The notes below the pieces were generated by a model. It was not told the DNA's origin, did no database searches, and was given only the letters and a program-made list of their open reading frames with translations. Below are positions 17,582 to 29,294 of a stretch of 41,826 bases of DNA, piece by piece (position 1 is the first letter of the stretch; each line of letters begins with the position of its first letter). Origin of the DNA: an uncultured Solirubrobacteraceae bacterium (GTDB lineage: Bacteria > Actinomycetota > Thermoleophilia > Solirubrobacterales > Solirubrobacteraceae); the NCBI GenBank assembly GCA_964588985.1, contig CAZPQW010000027.1, positions 1-41,826 on the forward strand, given 5' to 3'. The position numbers and the translations under genes are program-made.

Positions 17582-18367
17582 GGCGCCCGCACGGGCGTCG
17601 CGCACGATCCGGCGCATGCCCTTCAGCCAGCGCTCCGGGTCCGAGCCCTTCAGCGCGAGGAAGCCCGCCACGTTCTCGTGCGGCAGGATCAGCAGCCGCT
17701 CCACGCGGATCCCCTCCACCACCGCGTCCGCCACGTCCTCCGGTTCGATCAGCCCGCCCGCCGTCAGCGCCGCCGCGCCCGCCGGCTCGTGCATCGCCAG
17801 TTCGAGCATCGGCGTGCGCACGCCCTGCGGGCAGATGCACGACACGCGCACGCCCTGTTCGGCGTATTCGATCGACATCCACTCCGCCAGCGACACCGCC
17901 GCGTGCTTCGTCACGCTGTACACCAGCGACGACACCTGCGTCAGCAGGCCCGCCGCCGAGGCTGTGTTGATCAGGTAGCCCTCGCCGCGCTCGAGCATCT
18001 CCGGCAGCAGCGCCCGCGACGCCCACACGTGCGCCATCACGTTCACCCGCCACGCCTCGTCCCACGCCTCGTCCGGCGCCTCCGGGCCGCCCATGCCGCC
18101 GGGCACGCCCGCGTTGGAGATGAAGACGTCGATCTGCCCGTTCGCCTCCGTGGCCTTCGCGATCAGCGCGCGCACGCTGTCCTCCTCGCCCGCGTCCAGC
18201 TCCACCGCCAGGCCGCCCACCTCCTCGGCGATCCGCTGCGCGCCCTCCAGCTCGCGGTCGGCCACCACCAGCGCTCGCGGGCGCTCCTCGGCGAACCTGC
18301 GGATCAGCGCCCGGCCGATGCCACCGGCCCCGCCGGTGACCACGATGTGCTTGTCGGCAAGCTCCAC
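17567..18367 (-). CDS. Short-chain dehydrogenase/reductase
   Basis: TGGAGGIG, SNAG, TASAAG, YSVTKHA. Confidence 0.93.
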   Translation of the reverse strand: MELADKHIVVTGGAGGIGRALIRRFAEERPRALVVADRELEGAQRIAEEVGGLAVELDAGEEDSVRALIAKATEANGQIDVFISNAGVPGGMGGPEAPDEAWDEAWRVNVMAHVWASRALLPEMLERGEGYLINTASAAGLLTQVSSLVYSVTKHAAVSLAEWMSIEYAEQGVRVSCICPQGVRTPMLELAMHEPAGAAALTAGGLIEPEDVADAVVEGIRVERLLILPHENVAGFLALKGSDPERWLKGMRRIVRDARAGASGDA

Positions 18368-18438
18368 CCGGCGTACTCTATGTCAATGGCGCTCGCCGAG
18401 ACCACGCTCCGGCGCAGCGCATAGCATCACCCTCCAAG

Positions 18439-18942
18439 ATGCCCCACGCCGACGAGATGCTGAAGGAGGCCGACGCGCGCGCACCGCAGCTCGCCGCACC
18501 CGGCCTCAGCCCCAGACCGCGCGAGCGCGTCGCCGTGCTCGCATGCATGGACACGCGCATCGACCTCTTCCCGATGCTCGGCCTGCAGCGGGGAGACGCG
18601 CACATCATCCGCAACGCCGGCGGCCTCGCGACCGACGACGCGATCCGCTCGCTCAGCATCTCCCAGCGCCTGCTCGGCACCGAGGAGATCATCGTCGTGA
18701 TGCACGACGGCTGCGGCCTGCACGGCGCCTCCGAGGACGAGTTCACGCAGGCCTTGGCTGCCGACGGCGCCCTGCCCAACTGGCGCCTCGGCGCGTTCGA
18801 GGATGTCGAGGCGACCCTCCGCCACAGCCTCGCGCGCCTGCGCTCCAGCCGCGAGCTGATCGCCCACGACCACATCAGGGGCTTCGTCTTCAACCCCGAG
18901 ACGGGGGAGCTGCGCGAGGTTCAGCCGGCCGCGAGCGAGTAG
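18439..18942 (+). CDS. Beta-class carbonic anhydrase (small, clade D-like)
   Basis: CMDTR, RNAGG, DDAIRSL, HDGCG zinc ligands. Confidence 0.92.
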   Translation: MPHADEMLKEADARAPQLAAPGLSPRPRERVAVLACMDTRIDLFPMLGLQRGDAHIIRNAGGLATDDAIRSLSISQRLLGTEEIIVVMHDGCGLHGASEDEFTQALAADGALPNWRLGAFEDVEATLRHSLARLRSSRELIAHDHIRGFVFNPETGELREVQPAASE

Positions 18943-18952
18943 CGCGGCCGCC

Positions 18953-19540
18953 TCAGGGGTTGCCGGTTTTGACGTACTCGTGCACCGACACGAGCCGGAC
19001 CGGGCCTTTGATCACCCGGTAGCCGTGCGGGCGATCGGCGCGGAAGCTGATCAGATCGCCCTGGCTGACCACCTCCGAGAACGACTCGGTGGAGATCTCG
19101 ACGGTCCCTTCCGTGATCGCGAGGTGCTCGAACAGCCCGCTCACGTGGGCGCCCGACTGGCGCACCGCGCCGTCTTCGAGCTCCATCGTGTAGATCTCGA
19201 TCAGGTCGCCGCCGGTCCGTGTCAGCAGGTGGCGGATGACGAGGCCCTGCGTCTCCAACCCGGCCTGATCGACAGCCACCACCGGGGCTTCGTGCTGGCG
19301 CACGACCAGCACGTCGTCCGCCGCCGGCTCGTCGTGGAAGAGACTCGCGAACGGAACTCTCAGGGCCGTCGCGAGCGCCCAGACGGTGTCGATGGACGGG
19401 TTACCCTGCCCGCGTTCGATCAACGAAACGGTCGACTTGGCGATCCCGGCCTGTTCCGCGAGGGCCGTGAGCGTCAGTTCGCGCGTCATCCTCCAACGCC
19501 TCAGGTTGCGCGCGATCGGGGTCAGTGCTCCCTCGTCCAC
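18953..19540 (-). CDS. XRE family HTH + cupin transcriptional regulator
   Basis: LTALAEQAGIAKSTVSLIERGQGNPSIDTVWALA; cupin H...E...FRADRPHGY. Start chosen at GTG 19540 (ORF track gives 19567). Confidence 0.9.
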   Translation of the reverse strand: MDEGALTPIARNLRRWRMTRELTLTALAEQAGIAKSTVSLIERGQGNPSIDTVWALATALRVPFASLFHDEPAADDVLVVRQHEAPVVAVDQAGLETQGLVIRHLLTRTGGDLIEIYTMELEDGAVRQSGAHVSGLFEHLAITEGTVEISTESFSEVVSQGDLISFRADRPHGYRVIKGPVRLVSVHEYVKTGNP

Positions 19541-19545
19541 GGAGC

Positions 19546-19584
19546 AAGTTCTATCGCACCGACGCATGTGTGTATCTAGAACTT
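19546..19584. promoter_or_regulatory. Inverted repeat AAGTTCTA-N23-TAGAACTT, candidate operator of the XRE-cupin regulator
   Basis: Perfect 8-bp AT-rich inverted repeat immediately upstream of the regulator start. Confidence 0.4.
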
Positions 19585-19631
19585 TGTCAGGAGCGCCCCA
19601 CTCGATCTCCGCGAGTCAGCCGTCGGCCCCG

Positions 19632-21407
19632 CTATGACCGCTGTCTGAGCAGCATCTCGCGCCGGGCGAGCGTGCCCTGGACATCGACAGACAGCTGACT
19701 GCGCGACGCGTCCTGCGTGAGCACCACGCCGTAGACGTCGTGGGCGGCCTCCCTGCTGACCCAGCGATCGAGCACGTCCTCGAGGACCGCCCGCGGGTCG
19801 CGCTCCAGCGGGTCGCCATAGCCCCCGCCGCCCGCTTCGACCCCGCGAATCCACTCGCCCGGCCGCAGGTGGGAGTCGCCCACCGGCTCGACGCTCCGCT
19901 CGCCGCCATCGCCGTCGATCACCCTCACTGACGCCGCCACGCCGGCCGCGCCGCCGTCGACGCCCTGCGCCGGGTGGCGCGCGAAGTCTGCGAGGTAGAA
20001 CACGCGCATCGGCGTCGCCCTCGGCCCGAAGACCAGTTCCGATGCCGGGCCGCCGCGCTGACGGCCCGCGCCGCCGGAGTCCGTCAGCAGCCGCAGCGCG
20101 CGGAACCGCAGCGGGTAGGTCCGCTCGAGCATCTCCACGCTGTCGATGTACACCGTCTTCGAGCAGTCCGGCATTGCATACGTCACCCACCCGTCGCAGT
20201 GCGTAGACGCCGGCCCGCCGTTGTTGCCGATCCCCAGCTCGCTCACATAAGGCTCGCCGCTGCCGGGATGGGTGCCCGAGAAGACCGCGAAGCCGACCCC
20301 GAGCGTCCCGCCGCCCTCCGCCAGGCCCTCGCCGTCGCCGAGCTCGCAGAACGCGCTCTGCGCGGAGTTGATGATCCGCTCGAGCACGTTGGTGGTCGCC
20401 GCCGAGGCCGAGTACGGCGCCACGAGGCCGCCCGCGATCGAGCCCTCGCGGATCAGCATCTCGACGCGGCGCATCGCGCCCGCGTTGCGCGGCACGTCGT
20501 CTTCGAGGCAGTTGAGCAGCGCGATCACGCAGCCGCTGCGCGCGCAGCTCTCCGACACGTTCAGCCCGAACGGGATGCAGTCGGGGTTCTCGCGCAGGTC
20601 GAAGCTCACACGACCCTCGTCCGGGTTCACCTCGAGCGTCACGCTCACCTCCACGCCATCGGGCAGGCCGGGTATCGGGTCGTGGCGGGAGCTCGCGCCC
20701 ACGCGTCCCGCGGGTAGCCGGCCGATCGCGTGCGCCATGCGCCGCTCGGAGTAGTCCAGCCACTCCTCCACGAATGCCCCGATTGTCTCCATCCCGTAGC
20801 GCGCTATCACCTCGTGCAGGCGCCGCTCGCCCGTCCGCGCCGCGCCCACCGCGGCTAGGTAGTCGCCGTACCACACCTCCGGCACGCGGATCCGCCGGCG
20901 GCACGTGCGGATCACGTCCTCCACGTCCGCGTAGTCCTCCTGCACCTTCACGCACGGGAAGATCAGCCCGCCCTCCGCGTACACGTCCTCCACGTACGCC
21001 ATGTACGTCGACGGCTCGGAATTCCCGCAGTCGGCCTGGTGGGCTTTCGCCGACGCCGTGAACACGTGCTTCCCGTCGGCGAACACCGGCACGAGGATCG
21101 CGTGGTCGGCGGTGTGCGTGTTCCCGAGCATCGGGTCGTTGTGCAGGAACGCGTCTCCCTCGCGCAGATCGCGGTGCAGCTCGCGCATCGCGCGGGCCTG
21201 CAGCCCCGCGCCGAGCACGTGCACCTGCAGCCCCTCGGCGGCCGCGAACAGCTCGTCCTCCGCGGTGATGATCGAGCACGAGAAGTCGCGCGCCATGTTC
21301 AGGATCGAGGAGCGCGACGTGCGAAACAGCGTGTTGCTCATGTCGCGCACGATCGCCTCGAAGCGGTTGGCGAGCACCGCCATCAGCGTGGGGTCCATGC
21401 GGATCAT
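19632..21407 (-). CDS. Hydantoinase B / oxoprolinase family protein
   Basis: RTSRSSIL...RDFSC, NDPMLGNTHTADH, AHQADCG, DSGGAGRQRGG, GGGGYGDPLERD; ATGA overlap with the A subunit. Confidence 0.93.
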   Translation of the reverse strand: MIRMDPTLMAVLANRFEAIVRDMSNTLFRTSRSSILNMARDFSCSIITAEDELFAAAEGLQVHVLGAGLQARAMRELHRDLREGDAFLHNDPMLGNTHTADHAILVPVFADGKHVFTASAKAHQADCGNSEPSTYMAYVEDVYAEGGLIFPCVKVQEDYADVEDVIRTCRRRIRVPEVWYGDYLAAVGAARTGERRLHEVIARYGMETIGAFVEEWLDYSERRMAHAIGRLPAGRVGASSRHDPIPGLPDGVEVSVTLEVNPDEGRVSFDLRENPDCIPFGLNVSESCARSGCVIALLNCLEDDVPRNAGAMRRVEMLIREGSIAGGLVAPYSASAATTNVLERIINSAQSAFCELGDGEGLAEGGGTLGVGFAVFSGTHPGSGEPYVSELGIGNNGGPASTHCDGWVTYAMPDCSKTVYIDSVEMLERTYPLRFRALRLLTDSGGAGRQRGGPASELVFGPRATPMRVFYLADFARHPAQGVDGGAAGVAASVRVIDGDGGERSVEPVGDSHLRPGEWIRGVEAGGGGYGDPLERDPRAVLEDVLDRWVSREAAHDVYGVVLTQDASRSQLSVDVQGTLARREMLLRQRS

Positions 21408-23496
21408 CCCAGCGCCAGCCTGTAGTTGCCAGCCGCGGTCACGTGGGCGCTCCACCCGGGGTAGACAACGATCGTGGTCTCAGGCTCGATCACGAGCGCC
21501 GGGCCGTCTATGCGCGAGCCCGGCGCGAGCCGCTCGCCGAGGTGCACCGGGATCTCGACCTCGCCCAGCCCGGGGAAGAACGCGGTCCGCCGCGCTGCCG
21601 CCTCCTCCGTTGTCGCGCCGACCCCGTCGCGGAGGGCGTCGAGCGGCGGCTTCCGAGTGCTCACCGTCACGCGCCCCTTCCACTGGCTCAGCTCGACCCG
21701 CTGTCCCGGCTCGCGCACCGCGAAGATGCGCTCGTGGGCGTCGTGGAAGCTCGCCACCAGGAGATCGAGCGCGTGCTTGTCGACCACGCCCTCTCCGGCG
21801 AGCGGGAGCGAGATGTCCCACACCTGGTGGGCGTAGCGGGCCTCCACGAACCAGCTGCGCCGCACCTCCCCGAGGAGCGTCTCCGGCAGCTCGTCCTCGA
21901 ACGCGCGCATCTGCTCCCGCAAATCCTCGAGCGTCCGTCGGACCCCCGCGAAGTCGAACTCCCGCGAGTCGGTCACGAACGGCGCGGTGAAGTCCCGCAC
22001 GATGTCGCTGTGCTGGCCGCCGAACGCCGACAGCACGCCCGCGGCGCGCGGGATCAGCACCTCGCGACAGCCGAGCTCCTGGGCGATCGGGAGGATCGTC
22101 AGGCCGGCCGCGCCACCGCCGGCCACGAGCGTGCTCTCGCGTGGGTCGATGCCCTCGTCGACTGTCATCTCGGCGATCGCCGAGATCATCCGCTCGTTCG
22201 CGATCGCGAGCACCGCGTGCGCGGCCTCGCGGAGCGGGATCTCGAGCGTCGCGGCGAGCTCGCCCAGCGCCTGCTCCGCCGCCCCCACGTCCAGCGCCAT
22301 CGCGCCGCCGAGGAAGCGGTCGGGGTCGATGTAGCCGAGCGTCAGCGCCGCATCTGTCACCGTCGCTAGCGTCCCGCCGCGCCCGTAGCACGCGGGTCCC
22401 GGATCGGCCCCGGCGCTCTGCGGTCCCACGCGCAGCAGGCCGCCCGGGTCGATCCACGCGATCGAGCCGCCGCCCGCCCCGATGCTGCGGACGTCCACCG
22501 ACGAGAGCCCCGTCAGATGGCCGCAGAACTGCTCGCCGAGCCATGTCTCGCCGGTGAACACCAGCTCGCCGCCGCGGACGAGGCCGACGTCGAAGCTCGT
22601 GCCGCCCGTGTCGCACACGATCGCCTCGCCACTGTCGTTCTCGGCCAGTGCGAGGGCTCGTCCCGCGACGGGCGCGAGCGAGGGACCCGAGCGCACCGAC
22701 CACAGCGGCCGCTCCACGAGCTCGGACATCGGCACCACGCCGCCGGCCGCGCTCGCCGCGAGCAGCTCTCCGTCAAAGCCGCGCTCGCGCAGGCCACTCG
22801 CGATCTCCGGCAGGTGCCGCTGCATCAGCGGCTTCAGCGACGCGTCGATCGAGGTGCCCGACGCGCGGCGGTACTCGCGCACGATCGGGTTCAGCCGGTG
22901 CGAGAGCGAGTACGGAGTTCCGGGCAGCTCCCGCTCGATCAGCCTTCCGAGCGCGAGCTCGTGCTCGGGGTTGGCGATCGACCACAGCAGGCACACCGCC
23001 ACCGCCTCCACCCCCAGCTCGCGCGCCTGCCCCAGCCGCTCGCGCGCCGCCGCTTCGTCGAGCGCTGTGACGACCTGGCCGTCGGCGTCGATCCGCTCGG
23101 GGATCTCGAACGTCAGCCGCCGCGGGACGTATGGATCGGGATACGGGCGCGTGTAGTCGTAGGGGCGCAGCGATCCGCCCTCGCGGCGCACGAGGATGTC
23201 GGGAAAGCCCTCCGTGCACAGGAGCGCCGTCCGCGCCGTCGTGCCCTCGAGGATCGCGTTGGTGGCCTGGGTGGTGGAGAAGACGAACAGCGACGTGCGC
23301 CCCAGCAGCCGCTCGACCGATTCCTCCAGCTGCGCCGCCGCGCGCTCGAGCGCCGACCCCAGCCCCGCGAACAGATCCCGCGGCTGGGTCAGCGCCTTGG
23401 CCACGTCCAGGCGCCCGTCGGCGTCGCTTACGACCACGTCGGTGAACGTCCCGCCCACGTCGCACGCGATGCGAGCGGTCGCTGGGTTTGGCGCGG

Positions 23497-23500
<4 letters not shown>
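21404..23500 (-). CDS. Hydantoinase A / oxoprolinase family protein (ATP-binding)
   Basis: CDVGGTFTD, STTQATNA, DTGGTSFD, IGAGGGSIA, SAGADPGPACYGRGG, VTDA. Confidence 0.95.
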
Positions 23501-24503
<1,003 letters not shown>

Positions 24504-24507
<4 letters not shown>

Positions 24508-25523
24508 GCTCTTACCTCGGCGATTCGCTGCTCGGCGAAGTGGCACTCGACGCTCGCCTCGCCCGCCGGGCCGCTCACGCGGTGGAGCGCGGGCGCCTGC
24601 TCGTGGCAGAGCGCCAGCTCGCGACCGACCGGGCAGCGGGGGGCGAACGAGCAGCCGCCGGGGAGGCGTGCGAGATCGGGAGGCAGGCCGGCGATCGCGG
24701 GCAGCGGGCCGTCGGCGAGCCGCTCGGGGTCGGGCACGCACCTCAGCAGCGCCTCGCTGTAGGGGTGGGTGGGAGCGAGGAAGACGTGATCCACGTCCGA
24801 GCTCTCGACGAGCCGTCCCGCGTACATCACCGCTACCGAGTCGCAGAACTCGGACACCACGCCGAGGTTGTGCGTGATCAGGATCACCGCCGTGCGGTGC
24901 TCCTCGACGAGCCGGTCGAGCAGCGCGAGGATCTGCGCCTGCGTCGTCACGTCGAGCGCGGTCGTCGGCTCGTCGGCGATCAGCACGCTCGGGTCGTTCG
25001 CGATCGCGATCGCGATCGCCGCGCGCTGGCGCATCCCGCCGGAGTACTGGTGCGGGTAGTCGGCCGCGCGGCGCTCGGCGTGAGGGATCTCCACCTCGCG
25101 CAGCAGCTCCACCGCGCGCGTGCGGGCCGCCGCGCGGCTCAGGTCAGGCTGGTGGGCGGCGAGCGCCTCGACGATCTGAGCTCCGACCGTCTGGACCGGG
25201 TCGAGCGCCGTCGCGGGGTCCTGCAGCACGATCGAGATCTCCCTGCCACGGATCGCGCTCAGCTGACGGTCGGAGAGCTGCGAGATGTCGCGTCCCGCGA
25301 GCGCCACCTCGCCGCCGACGACGCGTCCGGGCGGCTCGAGCAGCCCCATGATCGCGAGCGCGAGCGCCGACTTCCCCGCCCCGGACTCGCCGACGATGCC
25401 GAGCCGCTCGGAGGGACGCAGGTCGAAGCTCACGTCGCGCACCGCCCGCACCGCTCCGTCGTCACCGTCGAACACGGCGCTGAGGCCGCGCACCGACAGC
25501 GCGAGATCCGTGGGGGAGGGCAC
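24504..25523 (-). CDS. Oligopeptide/dipeptide-type ABC transporter ATP-binding protein (OppD-like)
   Basis: GESGAGKS, YPHQYSGGMRQR, ADEPTTALD, C-terminal Cys cluster. Confidence 0.94.
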
Positions 25524-25524
25524 G

Positions 25525-26550
25525 CTAGGCGGCCACCGCTGAGGGGACGCGGATGCGCGGGTCGATCGCGGCGTAAAGCAGGTCGACGGCGAGGTTCACG
25601 AGCACGAACATCACCGCGCTCAGCAGGATGAAGGTCTGCACGATCGCGTAGTCCTGCTTGACGATCGCGTCGAACACCAGCGAGCCCACCCCGGGCCAGT
25701 TGAACACGTGTTCTACGAGCACGCTGCCGGCGAGGAATTCGCCGAGCGTCAGCCCGCCCAGGGTGAGCGTCGGCAGGAACGCGTTCGGCAGGGCGTGGCG
25801 ACGGAAGGCCGTCCAGCGGCGCAGGCCCTTTGCGCGAGCGACGGTCACGAACGGCTCGCGCGAGACCTCGAGCAGGTTCGCGCGCAGCAGGCGCACGATG
25901 AAGGAGAACGAGGACACCCCGAGCGCGACCGCGGGCAGGATCAGGTGTTCGAGCGTTTCCCAGAACGTGTCCAGGCGCCCGGCGAGCAGCGCGTCGAGCG
26001 TGTACATGCGCGTGACCGCGGGCGGCGGCGTGGCCTGCACGCCGAGGCGCCCCTCCGGGCCCGGGAGCACGTGCAGCGTGGTGAAGAACAGGATCAGCAG
26101 CAGCAGCGCGAGGAAGAACGGCGGCGTGCCGAAGCCGAGGTAGGAGACGCCCCGCACGATCCGGTCGGCGACCGGCCGGTGTCGGTAGGTGGACAGCAGC
26201 GCCAGCCCGACCGCGGCGCCCATCGTGAGCGCGAACGAGCACAGCGCCAGCTCGATCGTCGCCGGCGCGCGTTCGCCGATCAGCGTACGCACGCTCGCGT
26301 TGTCGCTGTAGGAGTAGCCCCAGTCGCCCTGGAAGAAGTCGGAGATGTAGCGCCAGTACTGCACGTAGAGCGGCCGGTCCAGACCGATCTGGTGGCTCAG
26401 CGCGCTCACCGACCCGTGCGTGGCGAACGGGCCGAGGATCAGCCTCGCGGGGTCGCCGGGCAGGGCGCGCATGATCAGGAACGCGAGCACCGTCGCGCCG
26501 AGGATCGCGCCGAGCGAGCCGAGCACCCTGAGTGCGATCACACGGCCCAT
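25525..26550 (-). CDS. ABC transporter permease (OppB/DppB-like)
   Basis: LPGDPA, GLDRPLYVQY, PATIEL, ARAKGL...RHALPNA, VEHVFNWPGVG, DPRIR. Confidence 0.93.
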   Translation of the reverse strand: MGRVIALRVLGSLGAILGATVLAFLIMRALPGDPARLILGPFATHGSVSALSHQIGLDRPLYVQYWRYISDFFQGDWGYSYSDNASVRTLIGERAPATIELALCSFALTMGAAVGLALLSTYRHRPVADRIVRGVSYLGFGTPPFFLALLLLILFFTTLHVLPGPEGRLGVQATPPPAVTRMYTLDALLAGRLDTFWETLEHLILPAVALGVSSFSFIVRLLRANLLEVSREPFVTVARAKGLRRWTAFRRHALPNAFLPTLTLGGLTLGEFLAGSVLVEHVFNWPGVGSLVFDAIVKQDYAIVQTFILLSAVMFVLVNLAVDLLYAAIDPRIRVPSAVAA

Positions 26551-26555
26551 CCGAT

Positions 26556-27386
26556 CTAAAGCCTCGCGTAGCGCCCGCGCGGGTCGAGCACGTCGCGCAT
26601 GCGGTCGGAGATCATGCTCACGGCCGTCACCGTGAGCAGCAGCGCCACGCCGGGGCAGATGGAGATCCACCACTGCCCGGTGAGCGAGTAGGTGAGCCCT
26701 TCGGTGATCATCGCGCCCCACTCCGGCGTGGGGACCTGCGCGCCGAGGCCGACGAAGCTGAGGCCCGCCAGCGCCAGCACCGCGTACCCGAACGCGGCCG
26801 CCATCTGGATGAACAGCACCGGCAGCATGTGCGGCACGACGTGGCGAGCGACGATCCGCCCACGCGTCGCTCCCAGCGCGTGCGCCGCTTCGACGAACGG
26901 CAGCGAGCTGACGCGCAGCGCCTCGCTGCGCAGCAGCCGCGCGTACCAGGGAACGGACACGAGCGCGACGCCGATCGCGGCGCTGTCGAGCCCGATGCCG
27001 AGGCCGACGGTCACCGCCATCGCGAGGATCAGCCAGGGGAACGCGAGGATCGCGTCCATCGCGCGCATCGCCACACCCCCGCCCACGCCCCCGACGGTCC
27101 CCGCGAGCAGCCCGACGAGGCCGCCCGCGAGCGCGCCCGCGAGCGTCACCAGGGTGGCCACCACGAGCGAGATGCGCGCACCGACGGCGACGCGCGCGAG
27201 CACGTCGCGACCTAGCTGGTCGGTGCCCAGCGGGTGGGGGAGCGACGGTCCCTGCAGCGACCCCAACAGGTTCTGCGCGTCGGGGCTGTAACTCTCCACG
27301 ATCGGCACGAAGATCGCGAACAGCACGAGCAGGACGAGGACCGCGAGCGGCAGCGTCAGCTTGCGATCGGCGAGCAACGTGGCCAC
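26556..27386 (-). CDS. ABC transporter permease (OppC/DppC-like)
   Basis: HPLGTDQLGRDVLAR, FVEAAHALGA, LSFVGLG...PEWGAMI, RDVLDPR. Confidence 0.93.
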   Translation of the reverse strand: MATLLADRKLTLPLAVLVLLVLFAIFVPIVESYSPDAQNLLGSLQGPSLPHPLGTDQLGRDVLARVAVGARISLVVATLVTLAGALAGGLVGLLAGTVGGVGGGVAMRAMDAILAFPWLILAMAVTVGLGIGLDSAAIGVALVSVPWYARLLRSEALRVSSLPFVEAAHALGATRGRIVARHVVPHMLPVLFIQMAAAFGYAVLALAGLSFVGLGAQVPTPEWGAMITEGLTYSLTGQWWISICPGVALLLTVTAVSMISDRMRDVLDPRGRYARL

Positions 27387-27535
27387 AGTCTCCCGATCAT
27401 CGCGGTTCCACGCGCTTGACGCCAGGCCAGTGCGAGGATAGTTTTGGATAGCGGATGAGCGGCACGGAATAGAAACTTCGTGTCTAAGCACTTTCAACCC
27501 CCGCGCAGGGTGTCCCGAGTAGAAAGTGACCCACG

Positions 27536-29254
27536 ATGAGCCGCTCGAACTCCACACAGCCGCCGAACCGATCTCGCAGCCTCCCGGCCGCGCGGGCTGC
27601 GCTCGGCGCGCTCGCGGGCGTCGTAGCGATGCTCGCTCTCCTCGCCTGCGGCGGCGGCTCCTCGAGCTCGACCTCCACCTCCGCCGCTCTCGGCAAGGCG
27701 GGCAACGCGAACGCGACGCTGATCGTCAACAACTCGGTGCCGGTCGCGACGCTCGACCCGGGCTTCACCACCAACGACCAGGACCCGGGCTTCGACGGGG
27801 CGCTGTACTCCACGCTCACCCAGGTCGAGCAGGTTCCAGGGCCGGTCGCCGGTACGACCGAGCAGAACCTCAGCATCACCGCGGTCAAGCCCTACATCGC
27901 GCAGTCCTACAGCTACAGCGACGGAAATCGCACGCTCACCTTCCACCTGCGGCCCGGCCTGAAGTTCCCGAGCGGCGACCCGCTCGACGCCCACGCCGTG
28001 GTGTGGTCGCTCGACCGCGTGATCACGGCGAAAGGCGGCGCGTACTCGAACCTCGAAGAAACCGACTACCACCCGCCGCTGGTCAAGTCGATCTCCGCGC
28101 CCGACCCGCTGACGGTGGTCATCCACTACAAGCGCCCCGCGCCCAACCAGCTGCAGGTTCTCTCCACGCCGTCCACCGGCGCGATCTACGACCCGCAGCT
28201 GGTCGAAGCGCACGGCGGGCAGAAGGGCTCCGCGCCGAACCAGTGGCTCGCCAGCCACGACGCCGGCTACGGACCGTACCTGCTGAAGAGCTACAGCCCC
28301 AACCACCAGGTCGTGCTGGAAGCGAACCCCGGCTTCTTCGAAGCGCCCAAGGCGAAGAAGATCATCCTCAACTTCATCCCCGACAACGAAACGCTGCTGC
28401 TCGACGCGCAGTCCGGCGCGGCGGATATCACGCTGGGGCTGACCAACCAGGCCGCGCACAGCCTCGTCGGCAACTCCTGCTGCACGGTCGCGTTGTTCAA
28501 GTCGCGCCAGGCGGAGACGCTGAACCTCCCGGAGAGCACGCGCAAGCCGTGGCTCACCGGCAAGAACCCGTTCTTCAACAACCAGGACTTCCGCCAGGCG
28601 CTGAGCTACGCGTTCCCCTACGAAGCCGTCCTGCAGAAGGTGGCCTACGGCTACGGCAAGCTCTACTTCGGCGAGTGGATGCCGTCCTACTCCTGGTATG
28701 ACCCGAAGGTCGGCCCGCCCCGGCCGACGGACCTGACGAAGGCCAGGGAACTGCTGGCCAAGTCGGGGATCAAGACTCCGGTGAGCTTCACCATCTACGT
28801 CGGCCAGGGCGACAACATCGGCAAGGAAATCGCGACCGCCGCGGCGGGCGCCTGGCAGCCGCTGGGCGTCGACGCGAAGGTCCAGGTCGTATCGCCGGCG
28901 GCGTTCCTCGAAGTCGTCTACACCAACCACGACGGCGCCACGGTGTTCCTCGACGGCCCCCAGGTGGTCGCGCCCGACTACCACTGGGGATACGACCTGC
29001 AGTGCCCGCCCAACAACCAGTACAACGACACCAACGTGTGCGTCCCCGCGGCGGACAAGCTGATGAAACAGGTCCCCTACACGACCCAGGAACCGCAGCG
29101 CCAGCAGCTCCTGAACAAGGCGGACGAACTGTACATCGAAGCCACTCCGCGGCTGTGGGTCTACGACAGCGAACTGGTGGCGGTGCTCGGCAAGCACGTG
29201 ACGGGCTACTACTCCAGCGACCTGCCGGACATGCGCTTCTGGGCGAAGGACTAG
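27536..29254 (+). CDS. ABC transporter substrate-binding lipoprotein, family 5
   Basis: Lipobox LLAC; TLDPG, TFHLRPGLKFPSGDPLDA, GYGPY, FRQALSYA; divergent from the permeases. Confidence 0.92.
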   Translation: MSRSNSTQPPNRSRSLPAARAALGALAGVVAMLALLACGGGSSSSTSTSAALGKAGNANATLIVNNSVPVATLDPGFTTNDQDPGFDGALYSTLTQVEQVPGPVAGTTEQNLSITAVKPYIAQSYSYSDGNRTLTFHLRPGLKFPSGDPLDAHAVVWSLDRVITAKGGAYSNLEETDYHPPLVKSISAPDPLTVVIHYKRPAPNQLQVLSTPSTGAIYDPQLVEAHGGQKGSAPNQWLASHDAGYGPYLLKSYSPNHQVVLEANPGFFEAPKAKKIILNFIPDNETLLLDAQSGAADITLGLTNQAAHSLVGNSCCTVALFKSRQAETLNLPESTRKPWLTGKNPFFNNQDFRQALSYAFPYEAVLQKVAYGYGKLYFGEWMPSYSWYDPKVGPPRPTDLTKARELLAKSGIKTPVSFTIYVGQGDNIGKEIATAAAGAWQPLGVDAKVQVVSPAAFLEVVYTNHDGATVFLDGPQVVAPDYHWGYDLQCPPNNQYNDTNVCVPAADKLMKQVPYTTQEPQRQQLLNKADELYIEATPRLWVYDSELVAVLGKHVTGYYSSDLPDMRFWAKD

Positions 29255-29294
29255 ATCGGCCGACGACGGGCGCGTAGTAGGCTGCCGGCCAGCC

